The position numbers and the translations under genes were made by a program. Under the pieces are notes generated by a model that did not search any database, had not been told where the DNA came from, and saw only the letters and a list, made by a program, of their open reading frames with translations. From Squalus acanthias (lineage: Eukaryota), in contig CM059432.1 of NCBI GenBank assembly GCA_030390025.1, forward strand, positions 30,692,001 to 30,756,000: a stretch of DNA of 64,000 nt, given 5' to 3'. Shown piece after piece: positions 24,731 to 37,188 of the stretch. The stretch's first letter is position 1. The number at the start of each line of letters is the position of its first letter.

Positions 24731-26543
24731 ATGGCAGATCTACGCCCTAGGGAGAGAGCCCACAGAATCTGCAATGAAGCATTGGAGGCATTGGTTTTCG
24801 CTATGGAGAGACAGAGGGCGGTGCTCTACATGGCAAGTGGCAGGAGGCTCTCACCACAAGTCTTCCGCACCATGTGGAGGGGGGTAGTGCAGCACGTCTC
24901 GGGCAGCACTGTGGTTCCCCAGGACCCACACACAGTACAGGAGGAAATTTAAGGACCTCGCTCGAGTGGTCAGGGTGAGTGAATGCTTCAACAAATGCGA
25001 CATGCAACCACCTGAGCCACATTCTTCACACACTGCCAAAAGCACCACATCCCCAGCACTCACCCACCAACAATCTCTACCTACCAACACTCACCCACAT
25101 CTCACACCTTGCACACAATGACAGCTATTCAACTATGGCAGGCACATCACCCAAACACATTGCTCCACACTCGCTCATACACTTTCCTTTCTCTTGCAGG
25201 CCAAGGTGGCTCACAACAGGAGCACACAGGTGGGGAACAAGCCGATACCCAACCACAGTCTGCGCTGGAGAATCGAGTGCTGCAGATTATTGGGCACCAG
25301 GTGGTGGGCGCTGTTTTTCCCTACTCCATCTTGTCACATCCCACTTCCTCCTCACCCCACAAGCATTTCTCACTTTCCAGCTAATCATGCTGTATGCATG
25401 CATTTCTCCCTTCCTGCCCCCTCACCTCACCTTAACCCGACTCTTGTGCTTTTATGCTTTCAGATAATGAGCAAGCACCTGAGCAGCCTGTCCCTGAGGG
25501 CATGGTAGAGAGCGAGATGGGAGAAGAGGAGGAGAAAGAACACACCGCGTCACTGCGTGTCTCACCCGCAGAAACCAGCTCAGATACTGGCACTATGCGT
25601 TCTTTAGAGGATAGTATAATAGCTGGATCTGCACAGGGTGAGGCAACGGGGATGAGTGGGCTGCAGCAAAGCCAGGGGGAAAAGGTAGCTCGGAGGCAGC
25701 TCCCCGGAGGCCGAATTCGAGCATGAGTTCTGCTGCACAGGACTCAGATGAGGACCTCGATGGGGAGGCGTTTAGAAGAAGGGTGATGGGCATGCACACA
25801 GATAGGTGCAATGGCAAGGGTCCCCGAGAGCCTCTTGGCAATGGTAATGAGCATGGAGGAGTCCACCTGCAACATTGCACAAGGCTCTGCGCACACCATG
25901 GAGCCCATCATTTCCAGTCTGCAAAGGATGGTAGACTCCCAGAAAGACTGTGGCGACCCAGACCTGATGTGTGATGGGCGATCTGGCAGCTTCCATTGCA
26001 GCACAGGCGGAAGCGATGCAACATTTAGTGCTGTAATGCAGTCTATGCTTGGTGGCATCCAATCTCAGACTGCTCTCATGCAGTCTCAGCTTGATGCCAT
26101 GCAAGCTCTGACTGCTGCCATCGTGGCTGGGTCTACCACCGTCGACCGGGGCTTTCACAGTGTCGCAGCAGGCCAGCATTCTGTGCTCCAGCAGATTGGA
26201 TGCTGAGGTGCTGCCCCGGGGGGATGGCAGTTGTCAGTGGAGCAGGAACCTGCTGTCCTCTCTCAGGATGACAGCATTCCTGCTCCCACCACTGCCACTC
26301 TGCCATTGCCCTTGTCGCTGCCTGTCATCCAACCAGGCCAGACTGCTGCCGCCCGTGCTGAGGTGGTGCAGTCTACACCCGGGCCTTCCAGGCCCAGAGC
26401 TGGTCGAGGGCATCCTGCAAGACCATCTGAAGTCTCCTACATGGACACTCAGCAGATTTTCACCAGCCCTGCTTCATAGGAGCACTAGAGTAGGCCAAGG
26501 CACAGTAACGACAGGCACTAAGGGATTGCACAAGGGTGAATAG
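24731..26543 (+). pseudogene. Harbinger Myb/SANT-like DNA-binding protein gene, three exons, frameshifted
   Basis: MADLRPRERAHRICNEALEALV...W...RRKFKDL; donor GTGAGT at 24975; acceptors at 25199 and 25463; homologous to 46694-48522. Confidence 0.8.
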
Positions 26544-26548
26544 TTAAT

Positions 26549-27639
26549 GGCCCAAAAATTAGTGCCGCTACGCGAGAGTACGCACTGCGTACTCTCGCGT
26601 ATTCTGTCTCCAATTGCCGGTTTTCTGCATGCACTGCGCATGCGCTGAAAACCGGCACTTGGTGAATGGAAAAGGGGGCGGGTCCTAGGTGAACCGCGTG
26701 CGCGCTACAGGCTGCGCGCACGCTGTGCACTTAGTGGTTTCAACGCGCAGGTAAGTACGGAAGATTCTACACATTAGATGCGGGCAGAATGTTCCCAATG
26801 GTAGGGAAAACTAGAACCAGGGGTCACAGTCTAAGGATTAAGGGGAAGCCATTTAGGACTGAGCTGAGGAGGAACTTCTTCACCCAGAGAGTGGTGAATC
26901 TATGGAATTCTCTTCCACAGAAGGTTGTTGAGGCCAGTTCGCTAAATATATTCAAAAGGGAGTTAGATATAACACTCACAACTAAGGGGATCAAGGGGTA
27001 TGGCGAGAAAGCAGGAATGGGGTACTGAGGTAGCATGTTCAGCCATGAACGCATTGAATGGCGGTGCAGGCTCGAAGGACCGAATGGTCTACTCCTGTAC
27101 CTATTTTCTATGTTTCTATGTCTACATAAAAAAAGGAGTAAGACCCACTTTTAACAAGGTAAGTAGTGAATTAAGTATTATTTTGAATTTTTTTTAACAG
27201 GTATATCTTTTTTAGAGACTTTAAAGACAGGTAAGTTTATTTTTATAACTTTTTAAAAGATTTTAAATTTTTTCAAAAATTTTATTTTTTATTTAAAATG
27301 GTTAATTTATTTAACTATACTTATTTTATTAATGTGATGGTTTTTTTAAATTTAATTGAGGTTTAGCGGTTCTTTTGGGGGGCTATAGTATTCATAACTT
27401 TCACAGCACTTATGTGAAAGTTATGAATGGAAGATGGTGTGCTGCCATTGGCTCTAACTGAGTCACGTGATCCCACAGCTCGCACGAATTAACTACGCCG
27501 GTGGGATACGCAAGCCCAGCACAGCAGCTGTCCAGAACATCAAGTTCGTGCGAGCTGGAACTGAAAAAGCCAACGCGGAGTGAGAGATCGCGGGGAGGCC
27601 TTACCCTCGCACGAAGGCTTCCTCACGAATTTTTGGGCC
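26549..27639. mobile_element. Harbinger-type MITE, copy 3 (reverse orientation), containing a CR1 insertion
   Basis: TIRs GGCCCAAAAATT / AATTTTTGGGCC; TSD AAT; reverse complement of copies 1 and 2. Confidence 0.9.
26772..27120 (+). mobile_element. CR1 3' end
   Basis: ORF 26789-27028; TTTCTATG tail; TSD TCTACA (26766-26771, 27121-27126). Confidence 0.92.
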
Positions 27640-27802
27640 AATATTTTTGTTGTAAACATGTGTTCACTAATGTTTGATAAATTTATTAATTCAGTTTGGA
27701 TTCTTTTGTGGTGTGTCTCATTTCAGCTTTGCGCTGTGATATGGCCTGCGTCAGGGATGGAATGATAGGGATGTGGTGAGCAACGGGGATCTGGGGTTTA
27801 AT

Positions 27803-28977
27803 TCATTTGAAGCGGAGTCTGATGAGGTGGTCACGGACCGCCCTTCCGCAAGGCCGATTGAGTGGCTGCCTCCTCCCTCGACCCTGTTCCTCCTCCTCCC
27901 CGTCCTCCCCGTCCTCCTCCTCATCTTCTTCTTCTTCCTCCTGAGGTGGTCCCGCAATCCCTGGTGGCAAGGGCTGGGCCCTCATGATGGCCAAGTTGTG
28001 GAGCATGCAACTGACCATCATGAAAAGGGACAACTGCTCAGCCGAGTACTGGAAGGCTCCTCCCGAGTGGTCAAGGCACCGGAACCGTTGCTTCAGCAGG
28101 CCAATGGTCTGCTCGATGATGTTCCTGGTGGCAGCATGGCTCTCATTATATGAGTGCTGGGTATGAGAGTTGGGGTTGCGGAGGGGCGTCATGAGCCAGC
28201 TGGAGAGTGGATAGCCCATGTCTCTGAGCAGCCAGCCGTGAGCTTGATGTGGTAGCTGGAAGAGTGCTGACACACCGGTCTGGCGCAGGATGAAGGCATC
28301 ATGCCTGCTGCCAGGATAGCGGGCATTCACATTGAGGATTCGCTGTCTGTGGTTGCACACCAACTGCACGTTAAGTGAGTGGTAGCCTTTGCGGTTACGG
28401 AAGATCTCAGGATTGTTATGCAGTGCCCGCAAAGCCACGTGGGTGCAATCAATGGTGCCCTGCACCATGGGTAATCCTGCTATCCTGGAAAAGCCACAAG
28501 CACACTTGTCCTGCTTCTCTCTGGTGATGGGGAAGGAAATGTAATCCCTTCTCCTACTGTAGCGAGCCTCTGTAACCTTCCAGATGCAGCGATGGATGTC
28601 GAGCTGCGAGATGTTAGCTATATCTCCTGTTGCAGACTGGAAGGATCCGCTGGTGAAGAAATTGAGGACGACGGTGACCTTGACTGCCAATGGAAGAGCC
28701 GTGGTCACCCTGGTCTGAGGCTAGATGTCCTGTTGCAGGGGGTGGCAGAGTTCTGTGACCACCTCCTTGGTGAAGGAGGGCCTTCTAGTACACTGCTCCT
28801 CGCTTAATTGGAGGCAGGGGAAGTGCTCTCGGAATACCCTTGGACGGTAAGGCCTCCTGTTGAGAGCCCTCATGCCCCTCCTCCTCCCTCTGCGCACATG
28901 TTCCATCTTTCTCGCTTCCTCCGCTCCCTCTGCCATAGATCCTGGAGGGCGAGGTTGACTAGCAGTACAGCCCCCAT
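27803..28977 (-). pseudogene. Harbinger DDE transposase (HARBI1-like family); N-terminus frameshifted, C-terminal 301 aa open
   Basis: GSFQSATGD, GTIDCTH, NRKGYHSLNVQLVC, YPGSRHDAFIL, LLRDMGY, IEQTIGLLKQRFRCL, CMLHN and acidic tail. Confidence 0.92.
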
Positions 28978-29440
28978 TAATGTTACCAAGTGTAGCAGTT
29001 TGATTCTTTGAAGAGTAAATGGAGCTACTTTTTTTGTTGCCATAAGACTCCTGATACAAAAGAACCTTGAAATTACTGAATGAAACTGTTGCAGTATGTG
29101 AAACTGAAAAGAAACCACTGAAACTGCACTTACCTGACAGCTGCGAGTGATTACTGATGATCCCTTTAAATAATGTCCCTGGAGCCGGCTTCCTAGTGCT
29201 TCACGCCAGCTCTCTCTGTCGGTGTTTACTCCAGGCGCTAAGGTAAGTGTCGAGAATCAATTTAGCAGATCGGGTGGTCAGTGAGCATTGCACACTCACT
29301 GATGTCACGATCCACCTGGCGTTGACGTTCCCGGCGATACCTCTTATCGGCGGCGCTACGGGTTGGGATTTGGCATGCGGCGCTAACGGGAGGCACTAAG
29401 AGGACGAATTTTCCCCCCACAATCTGTTGGCTAAGAGGCT

Positions 29441-29836
29441 CTCACCTCTGAGTCAGAAGGTTACGGGTACAAGTCCCATTCCAGAGACTTGAGCACAAAA
29501 TCCAGGCTGACACTCCAGTGCAGTACTGAGGGAGTGCTGCACTGCTGGATGTGTCATCTTTGAGATGAGATGTTAAAACACGGTCCCATCTGTCCTCTCA
29601 GGTGGACGTAAAAGATCCCATGGTGCTATTTCGAAAAAGAGCAGGTGAGTTCCCTCCGGTGCCCTGGCCAGTATTTATCCCTCAAACAACATCACTAAAA
29701 CAGATTATCTGACCATTATCACATTGCTGTTTGTGAGAGCTTGCTGTGTGCAAATTGGTTGCTTCATTTCCTACATTACAACAGTGACTGCACTTCAAAA
29801 GTACTTCATTGGCTGTAAAGCGCTTTGGCATGCAAG

Positions 29837-29877
<41 letters not shown>

Positions 29878-29895
29878 CTTTCTTCCATTCTTTCT
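29441..29895 (+). mobile_element. Deu-domain SINE with expanded (TTTC)n tail
   Basis: Colinear with 21853-22319; microsatellite at ~29838-29895. Confidence 0.88.
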
Positions 29896-30359
29896 TGGCA
29901 CCAGGAGAACTCCCTGTTCTTCTTTGAATAGTCCTGTGGAGCTTTCAAAACCTACTATCACTACCAGAACAGGCAGACGTAGCCTCAATCTCTTGTCTCA
30001 TCTTAAGGGTTCACTACTGCAGCAGCCGCTCAGTACCGCAAATGAGTGTTTAACAGTAAGAATAACAGATGAACAGGAATTGCTGCAAGCTCTCTGCTGA
30101 TTTAATTTAAAATTTATTTTCCTAAATGTTTCCACTGGTTTTATTGACTTGGCCATGGACTGTTGAAAACAACTGGCACCAGATGGCTTCAATTAAAATC
30201 ATTGCTAAAATGATAAGGTTTTGTAAAGCAATGGAAACTCCAGATGGGCATTTCCAGGATAAGGCAACGTCTCAAATATTCCTCATTCATAATCCATTTT
30301 TATTTTTTGTAAATTCTCTCATCTATTTTTGACTTTTAAACTGCCAAAGGGTCCTGGGT

Positions 30360-30474
30360 AAAAGCAAAATACTGCGCATGCTGGAAATATGAAATAAAAA
30401 CAGAAAATGCTGGAACTACTCAGCAGGTCAGACAGCATCTGTGGGGAGAGAAACAGAGTTAACATTTCAGGTCG
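30360..30474 (-). mobile_element. Penelope family-2 terminal fragment
   Basis: Reverse complement of ~31757-31867. Confidence 0.75.
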
Positions 30475-30876
30475 GCTATTTCTTAATAAATGCCCAGAAT
30501 GGTTTTCTCTGCACTTCTGCCAAATTCACCCCTGGGGGCCTGATTGACTTTAACATATTTTTTGTCTTTTATTTAGTATCTATTTTGTCACATTGTTCAA
30601 AATATTATTCTGAATTGAAGGAGGTAACAGATAAGAGGTAACTTCAATATCGTCAGGCGTTTTCTTCCATGAACATTTGCCATTTTGGTTCCTTGCATGA
30701 AGCTGGAACTGCTCCAGGAAGAAGATCTGCAGGGGGTAGCCCAGACACATTACAGAGCAGCTCCACTCATTCACATGGAAGTTTGCAATTGGACTGGCCT
30801 TACCGCTGATCTGGAAGCACCAGAGCTACGAAGAGCACACAGCAGTATCCAACCATACAATTCTTTACATTATATA

Positions 30877-31193
30877 TGATGCGGAGATGCCGGTGTTGGA
30901 CTGGGGTGGACAAAATTGAGAGGTCGCACAACACCAGGTTATAGTCCAACAGTTTTATTTGAAATCACAAGCTTTCGGAGCTATCGATCGCCCCTTCCTC
31001 AGGTGAAGTAAAGAAATACAGACAGTTGTCTGCAATTGTAAGGTACACATGCATTGTTCTCTATCTATATATGCTTTGTCGAGTCTGTATTTCTTTACTT
31101 CACCTGAGGAAGGGGCGATCGATAGCTCCGAAAGCTTGTGATTTCAAATAAAACTGTTGGACTATAACCTGGTGTTGTGCGACCTCTCAATTT
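30877..31193 (-). mobile_element. Non-coding Penelope family-1 fold-back insertion
   Basis: Arms 30912-31023 / 31083-31194; tail on the left; TSD TTTACATTATATA (30864-30876, 31194-31206). Confidence 0.9.
31100..31141 (+). ncRNA. Minimal hammerhead ribozyme motif (mirror copy on minus strand in the left arm)
   Basis: UCAC-CUGAGGA-A-GGGGC(GAUCGAUA)GCUCC-GAAA-GC-UU-GUGA. Confidence 0.75.
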
Positions 31194-31449
31194 TTTACAT
31201 TATATAAGCAGAGGTCTTACTGTTGAAGTCCTCCTCTCCGCACTAACATTCATTAACTATGTTAGGAATGACTGAGATGGGCACAGATCACAACCAATGT
31301 TTATTTTTTGTGTAACTGACACTGAAGTATATTTTCAAGCCAGTTCCTTAATACAGCGTGGAACTTGAAACTATTTCAGGCGCAGTTATGCAGATGAACA
31401 GTGATAGCCTGGTACTGATTCACTGCACGGCTAACTGAAAACAAAGCAT

Positions 31450-31870
31450 GCCAGGCAACATCCGTGGAGAGAGAAACAGAGTTAACGTTTCAGGTCGAAA
31501 CCCTTCGTCAGAACTGAGAAAAAAGCAGGAAATGAAACAGATAAAAAAGCAAGTGGGAGGCTGGGGGGAGGAATAAAAGAACAAAAGGGGTGGTCTATGG
31601 TAAGTAGAGACATTAAGAGATGCTCAAGGCAAGACGAGATGGTAATAGGACAGGTTAAGAAACAAAAGGTGGCTCAGAAGTCCTCCCCCCAGCCTCCCAC
31701 TTGCTTTTTTATCTGTTTCATTTCCTGCTTTTTTCTCAGTTCTGACGAAGGGTTTCGACCTGAAACGTTAACTCTGTTTCTCTCTCCACGGATGTTGCCT
31801 GGCCTGCTGAGTTTTTCCAGCGTTTTCTGTTGTTGTTTCAATTTTCCAGCATCCGCAGTATTTTGCTATC
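31450..31870 (+). mobile_element. Non-coding Penelope family-2 fold-back insertion
   Basis: Arms 31450-31572 / 31681-31803; TSD GAAAACAAAGCAT (31437-31449, 31871-31883). Confidence 0.88.
31738..31773 (+). ncRNA. Minimal hammerhead ribozyme motif (mirror copy on minus strand in the left arm)
   Basis: AGUU-CUGACGA-A-GGGU(UUCG)ACCU-GAAA-CG-UU-AACU; palindromic ACGU stem III. Confidence 0.75.
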
Positions 31871-32210
31871 GAAAACAAAGCATAATGGGTTGTCTCACAG
31901 AAGAACAATATGTTTGAGGTTTATACTATAGTAGTTTGGTCATAAGATTGTTGGTTATCGAGATCAAAGAGAAAAGAACAGCAATTATTGGGAACCTGAA
32001 ATAAAACAGGAAAGGCTGGAATTTAGAGGAAGCTTTTTCATGCAAAGAGCTGTTGGAACGTGGAATCACTTGGTGATCAATGTTAAATCACTTCAGGAAT
32101 TCCAAAAAACATTGGATAATTACTTAAAGAAGAGGCATATAAAAGGGGTAAAAAAAAGGAGACAGATGGGAAATGGGACTGTGTAAAACCAGCTCCAAAG
32201 AGGGACCTAA

Positions 32211-34216
32211 AGCAGATTGGTAGGGATGCTGAGGTGCTGCCCCGGGAGAGTGGCAGTGGGTCAGTGCAGCAGGAACCTGCTGTCCTCTCTCAGGCTGACA
32301 GCATTCCTGCTCCCACCACTGCCACTCCGCCATTGCCCTTGTCGCTGCCTGTAATCCAATCAGGCCAGACTGCCGCCACCCAAACTAAGGTGGTGTAGTG
32401 TACAGCCAGGCCTTCCAGGCTCAGAGCTGCTCGAGGGCATCCTGCACTGACACTCAGCAGCCTTCCACCAGCCCTGCTGCAGCCACCGGGGATAGACTAG
32501 AAGGAGCAGTAGATTCGAAAAAGGCATTGTAAAGAGGGGAAGTAAGGGTTTGCACAATGGTGATTAGTTAATATTGTTGTATATATATGTTTAATGAATG
32601 TTGATAAATTTATTAATGGAATTTTGCAGAATTTGTGCTGTCTCTCATTTCAGCTTTGTGCTGTGATATGGCATGCAAAATGGATGGAATAATGGGGATG
32701 TGGTGAGCAACTGGGATGTGGGGTAGACCTTATTGGAACCGCAGTCTGATGAGGCGGTCATTGACCGCCCTTCCAGAAGGCCGATTGAGTGGCTGCCTCC
32801 TCCCTCGCTGTTGTTCCTCCTCCTGGTGCTCCTCCTCCTCCTCTTCTCCCTCTTCCTCCTCCTGAGATGATCCCACGATGCCTGGTGGCAATGGCTGGGT
32901 CCTCATGATGACCAAGTTATGCAGCATGCAGCATACCACCACGAAAAGGGACAACTGCTCAGCCAAGTACAGGAAGTCCCCTCCCGAGCGGTAAAGGCAG
33001 CCGAACTGTTGCTTGAGCACTCCGATGGTCTGCTCGATGATGTTCCTGGTGGCGGCATGGCCAGGTGGAGATTGGATAGCCCTTGTCTCCGACCAGCCAG
33101 CCGCGAGCTGGTCTGGAGCAGGATGAAGGCATCGTGGCTGCTTCCAGGATAGCGGGCATTGATGGTGAGGATTCGCTGTCTGTGGTCGCACACCAACTGG
33201 ACATTAAGTGAGTGGTAGCCTTTGTGGTTACGGAAGAACTCAGGATTGTTACGGGGTGCTCGCAAAGCGACGTGGATACAGTCAATTGCACCCCGCACCA
33301 TGGGGAAGCCCACTATTCTGGCAAAGCCACATGCACGCTCATCCTGCTTCACTCTGGTGATGGGGAAGGAAATGTAGTCCCCTTCTGTAGGGAGCCTCTG
33401 TGACCTCCCAGATGCAGCAATGGACGGCGAGCTGCAAGATGTTAGATATGTCTCCTGTTGCAGGCTGGAAGGATCCGCTGGCGTAGAAATTGAGGGAGAC
33501 GATGACCTTGACTGCCACTGGGAGTGGTCCTGATCTGAGGCTCGAGGGCTGGCTGCAGGAGGTGGCAGAGCTCTGTGACCACCTCCTTGGTGAAGCGGAG
33601 CCTTCTAATACACTGCTCCTCAGTTAAATTTATGTAGAAGAAGTGCTTCCAGAATACCCTGGGAGGATAAGGCCTCCTGTTGAGAGCCCTCCTCCTTCTG
33701 GCCACATTTTCCAATGTTTGTCTCTGCCTCTGCTGCCTCCGATGTTGATGCTGGAGGGCGAGGTCGAGGGCCAGTGCAGCCCCCATTAACGTAATCAAGT
33801 GTAGGACTTTGAAATCTTAGCAGAATGAAATGACAAATTTTTAGCAGGCAGAACACCCCTGAAAGTAAGAAACTTTTAACTCACTGAAAACGGCTGTTTT
33901 GCAGTGTGAAACTGAGAAGGCCGCATTGATTGGCCACTAAAATGAAACCGGATGTTGATCCCTTTAAATACCGCTCCTACAGCGGCCATCTGAATGCATA
34001 ATGCCTCCTCTTCCTGCCATTGTTCAGGCGAGGCGCTAAGGCAGGGGCGACAGTCAATTTTGCATCTGGGCCGTTAACGGGGCGTTCCAAACTCATTGAG
34101 GTCACGATCTGGCAGCCGCTAAATGTTAGCGCCAGCGCTAAATCCCGGGTGAATTTCACGTGCGGCATTGGATTCGCCACTAACGGGAGGCGCTAACATG
34201 CCGAATATCTCTGCCC
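32211..34216. mobile_element. Truncated Harbinger (Myb-like 3' end, transposase pseudogene, one terminus)
   Basis: Homologous to ~26190-29418; terminus GAATATCTCTGCCC; other end missing. Confidence 0.85.
32730..33786 (-). pseudogene. Harbinger transposase, frameshifted and internally deleted
   Basis: GAIDCIH, YPGSSHDAF, WLVGDKGY and IEQTIGVLKQ spread over different frames. Confidence 0.88.
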
Positions 34217-34499
34217 TACTTTTGAACTTCCCCACAAGTGGAAACATCAATAGTTATTTCGCATTAGAGCATTAGCCCTTCTTTATTAATGACACCATGA
34301 CACCTGTGCACTAATTGCGTACCAGGATTTAGATAGTTGGTAGCATCCTGGCTACTTGTATCCACTTGTTTTCTCATTTTGCCTTTCAAAGTCTCTCCCA
34401 TCAAGTATACTATTTCCAGACAAGAGGGTGTACAGCTAAACATGCTTGTAGCCGTCTGTCAGTGCTACCCTATGGCTGACCACTAGAAGGCATGCCACT

Positions 34500-34862
34500 A
34501 GCATGTCCCAAAGTGCTTCAAGTATAATTAATTACTTTAAAGTGCCATCGCTATGTGGGTGAATATGTCAGCCATTTAGTACACACCAAGATCCCACAAT
34601 CAGCAATGAGATAAATGATCAGTTAATTTGTTTTATAGTGGTATTGGTTGAGGGGAGGGGAATGTTGGCCATGAAACTGGGAGAGCTCCTTGTACTTCTC
34701 CTTTGAAGTGCGGAATGTCCATCTAAACAGATCGACAGGACCTCTGTTTATTGTCTTACCTAAAGGATAGCTCCTCCAACAATGCAGCTCTCCTTCAATT
34801 CCGCAATGAAGTATCAGCCTAGATTATGTGTTCAGGTCTCGGGAGTGGAACTTGATCCCATG
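34500..34862 (-). mobile_element. Old Deu-domain SINE
   Basis: Diverged tail, core and CAGCCTAGATTATGTG segment. Confidence 0.6.
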
Positions 34863-35461
34863 TGAGCACGTAAACTAGGCTGCCCTTATTATGTTAAAGC
34901 AAATTGTGTTTCGGCTCTGACGAAAAAATAAGTTGTGTTGAGGGCTGAGTACACAAGTTAATAAATAATCTCATTGTCTAGAAGTCTTCCTTTATGAGAA
35001 GTGAGTGACATATGAATTCATTAACACTGCCTGGGTTGTGTTTACTCTTTGGCACCAGATTTGAAGAGCAAGTCTTGGGTTAGTCCATGAAGATAATCTG
35101 AACAATAGTAAGGTGCATTTCGCCTATGGAGTGCAATTTCCTGTTCTAATTAGTTGCAGATGGCTCCTTCATCGGTCAGAAAGTCAATGCCTTGATCTCA
35201 TTACATCTGGTTTCATGTTATCAGCCTCAATTAAAATACTTCACATTAGTTCCTCCAGATTTACCAAATGTATGTGACCGACCTGTCCTCCTTACCATAT
35301 AATGTGTTATACATATAAACGGATAATGGGCTACAGCAAATTAATTTCCACGAGTGAGCCAAGCTTCATAGCGTAAATCCACCATCCCAATGCTCCCAGT
35401 GGGTGATTGTCCTTGTGTTGGAGACAGGGCACAACACTGATGCGGCAGTGATTTTCCTCCA

Positions 35462-35770
35462 CTATTTCCCCTGGTGGGGGAATCAGGAACGAGGGGACAT
35501 AATCTTAAAATTAGAGCCAGGTCATTTGGAATCTGGAATCACTTCTCCGCACAAAGAGCAGTAGAAATCATGGAATTGTCTCCCCTAAAAGGCTGTGGAT
35601 GCTGGGACAATTAGAGCTTTCAAGACTGAGGTCGATAGATTTTTGTTAGGTAAGGGTATCAAGGGAAATGGAGTTGAGGCGGGTAAATAGAGTTGGCGTA
35701 CCATGATCTAATTGAATGACGGAGAAGGCTTGAGGGGCTGAATGGCCTACTCCTGTTCCTATGTTCCTGT
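35462..35770 (+). mobile_element. CR1 3' end
   Basis: Similar to the CR1 C-terminus and UTR ending CCTACTCCTGTTCCTATG. Confidence 0.8.
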
Positions 35771-37188
35771 GCTACCTCTGTGGGAGTGTGGAATCGTTGA
35801 ATTTACCCTTGTGTCATAAGTTGGTTATCCTCAGTCATCAGGAATAGAAATAAATCACAAATAACGCTGGCTGCCTCAATATTTATAGGTCACGTTGCGT
35901 GTCTTTGGCCATGTGTTTTATTTTAAGGACAAAAGCCCTTTTTTGAGATTTTTTTTCTCATGCTTTTTTTTCACCAAGCTTTTGATCACTTGCTCTCCCA
36001 CTGCTGCTCAGCATCTGTTTTCACTGTGAAGCTCCTAGGGACATATTCCACACTCAAATGCAAGTTGTCATTTTTTTTCTCAGAGGATCGGTATTGATGG
36101 GTAGCTCAATGAAAGCAGCAGCAGTCCACAGCAGCAGTAACAAAGGCTAACCGGATCTTGGGACATATAGCCAGAGAGATCGAGCGCTAATCCCAGGAGG
36201 TGATAACGTGGTTTTACACAGCCATACCTGGAGTACCATGTACACATCTGGTCACCGTCCTACAGCAAGGAGATCCAGAGGGGCAGAGATAAAATCAAAC
36301 TTCAGCAGGGGCACAAAACAGACAGTAGTGGATCAGCCACTCATTATACACCTCGCCTGATTTTTCTTTCCATTGACTTCAATCGAAAGGAAAATTGGGC
36401 CTGGTCTATAACAGGCTGCTGATTCCCTTCTTCTGGTGATTCTCGATTTTAAGGCTCCCACAGTACTACTCAAAGAAGAGCAGAAAGCTCTTCCAGTGTC
36501 TTGACAGTCCAACTTCAACCAACATCAAAAAAACAAATTGCTGTCTGTGGGACATTGCTAGCACAGAATGCCTGCTGCTACAGTCACTGCACTTCAATAA
36601 TATTTGTGTGAAAGCACTTTGAGATGTTTCAAAGTCATAACATTCCATGTAAATGCCAGCAACTTTACCCTACATTATAACATGGATACATAATGCTCTG
36701 TGCACTAGTCACAGTAGATATGAGTATAGACGAGGACAAACATTTCAGAATGGACACACATAGTCATATAGGACAGGGGTGTCCAGGTTTTTGTTATCAT
36801 GGGCTGTGTAGGCGAAGACCATGGAGCTTTGGGAGCTACAAAAAATGTTTAAATCCATGCTTCCATTAATCTGTATCTACCTCAAGTTTCTGATAGTAAC
36901 AGGTCTTGGTGTTCTGATGTAGGATTTTTCCACCAAAGAGGCAATAACACTAAAACCAGCCCTTTCCAAACCTCTAGGCCCACAAATTTCATACGGGACA
37001 AATTGTGAATAAGAAACGTAAGGATAAACAGGACTGAGTTCTTTGGGTTTGGAGAGCCATATTGCTAGAGCTCAAGGACCGTACAGAGCTTACAGGCTTT
37101 AGATTGGTACCCTAGGTATACGAGAACAGGTTCAAAAACACCTGTCCCCTTATTTCAGTATTTAGGAAGACCACCAATTTGAAATGAT

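Larger units (their letters stand above)
24372..29418. mobile_element. Full-length decayed PIF/Harbinger transposon inserted in a SINE
   Basis: Imperfect TIRs GGGCTAGAAATCC / GAATTTTCCCCCC; TSD ACA; host SINE continues across it; convergent Myb-like and transposase genes. Confidence 0.88.

Noticed and set aside
27803..28708. Possible domesticated HARBI1 gene
   Set aside because: Sits inside a TIR/TSD-bounded element, has a frameshifted N-terminus and has related copies in the window
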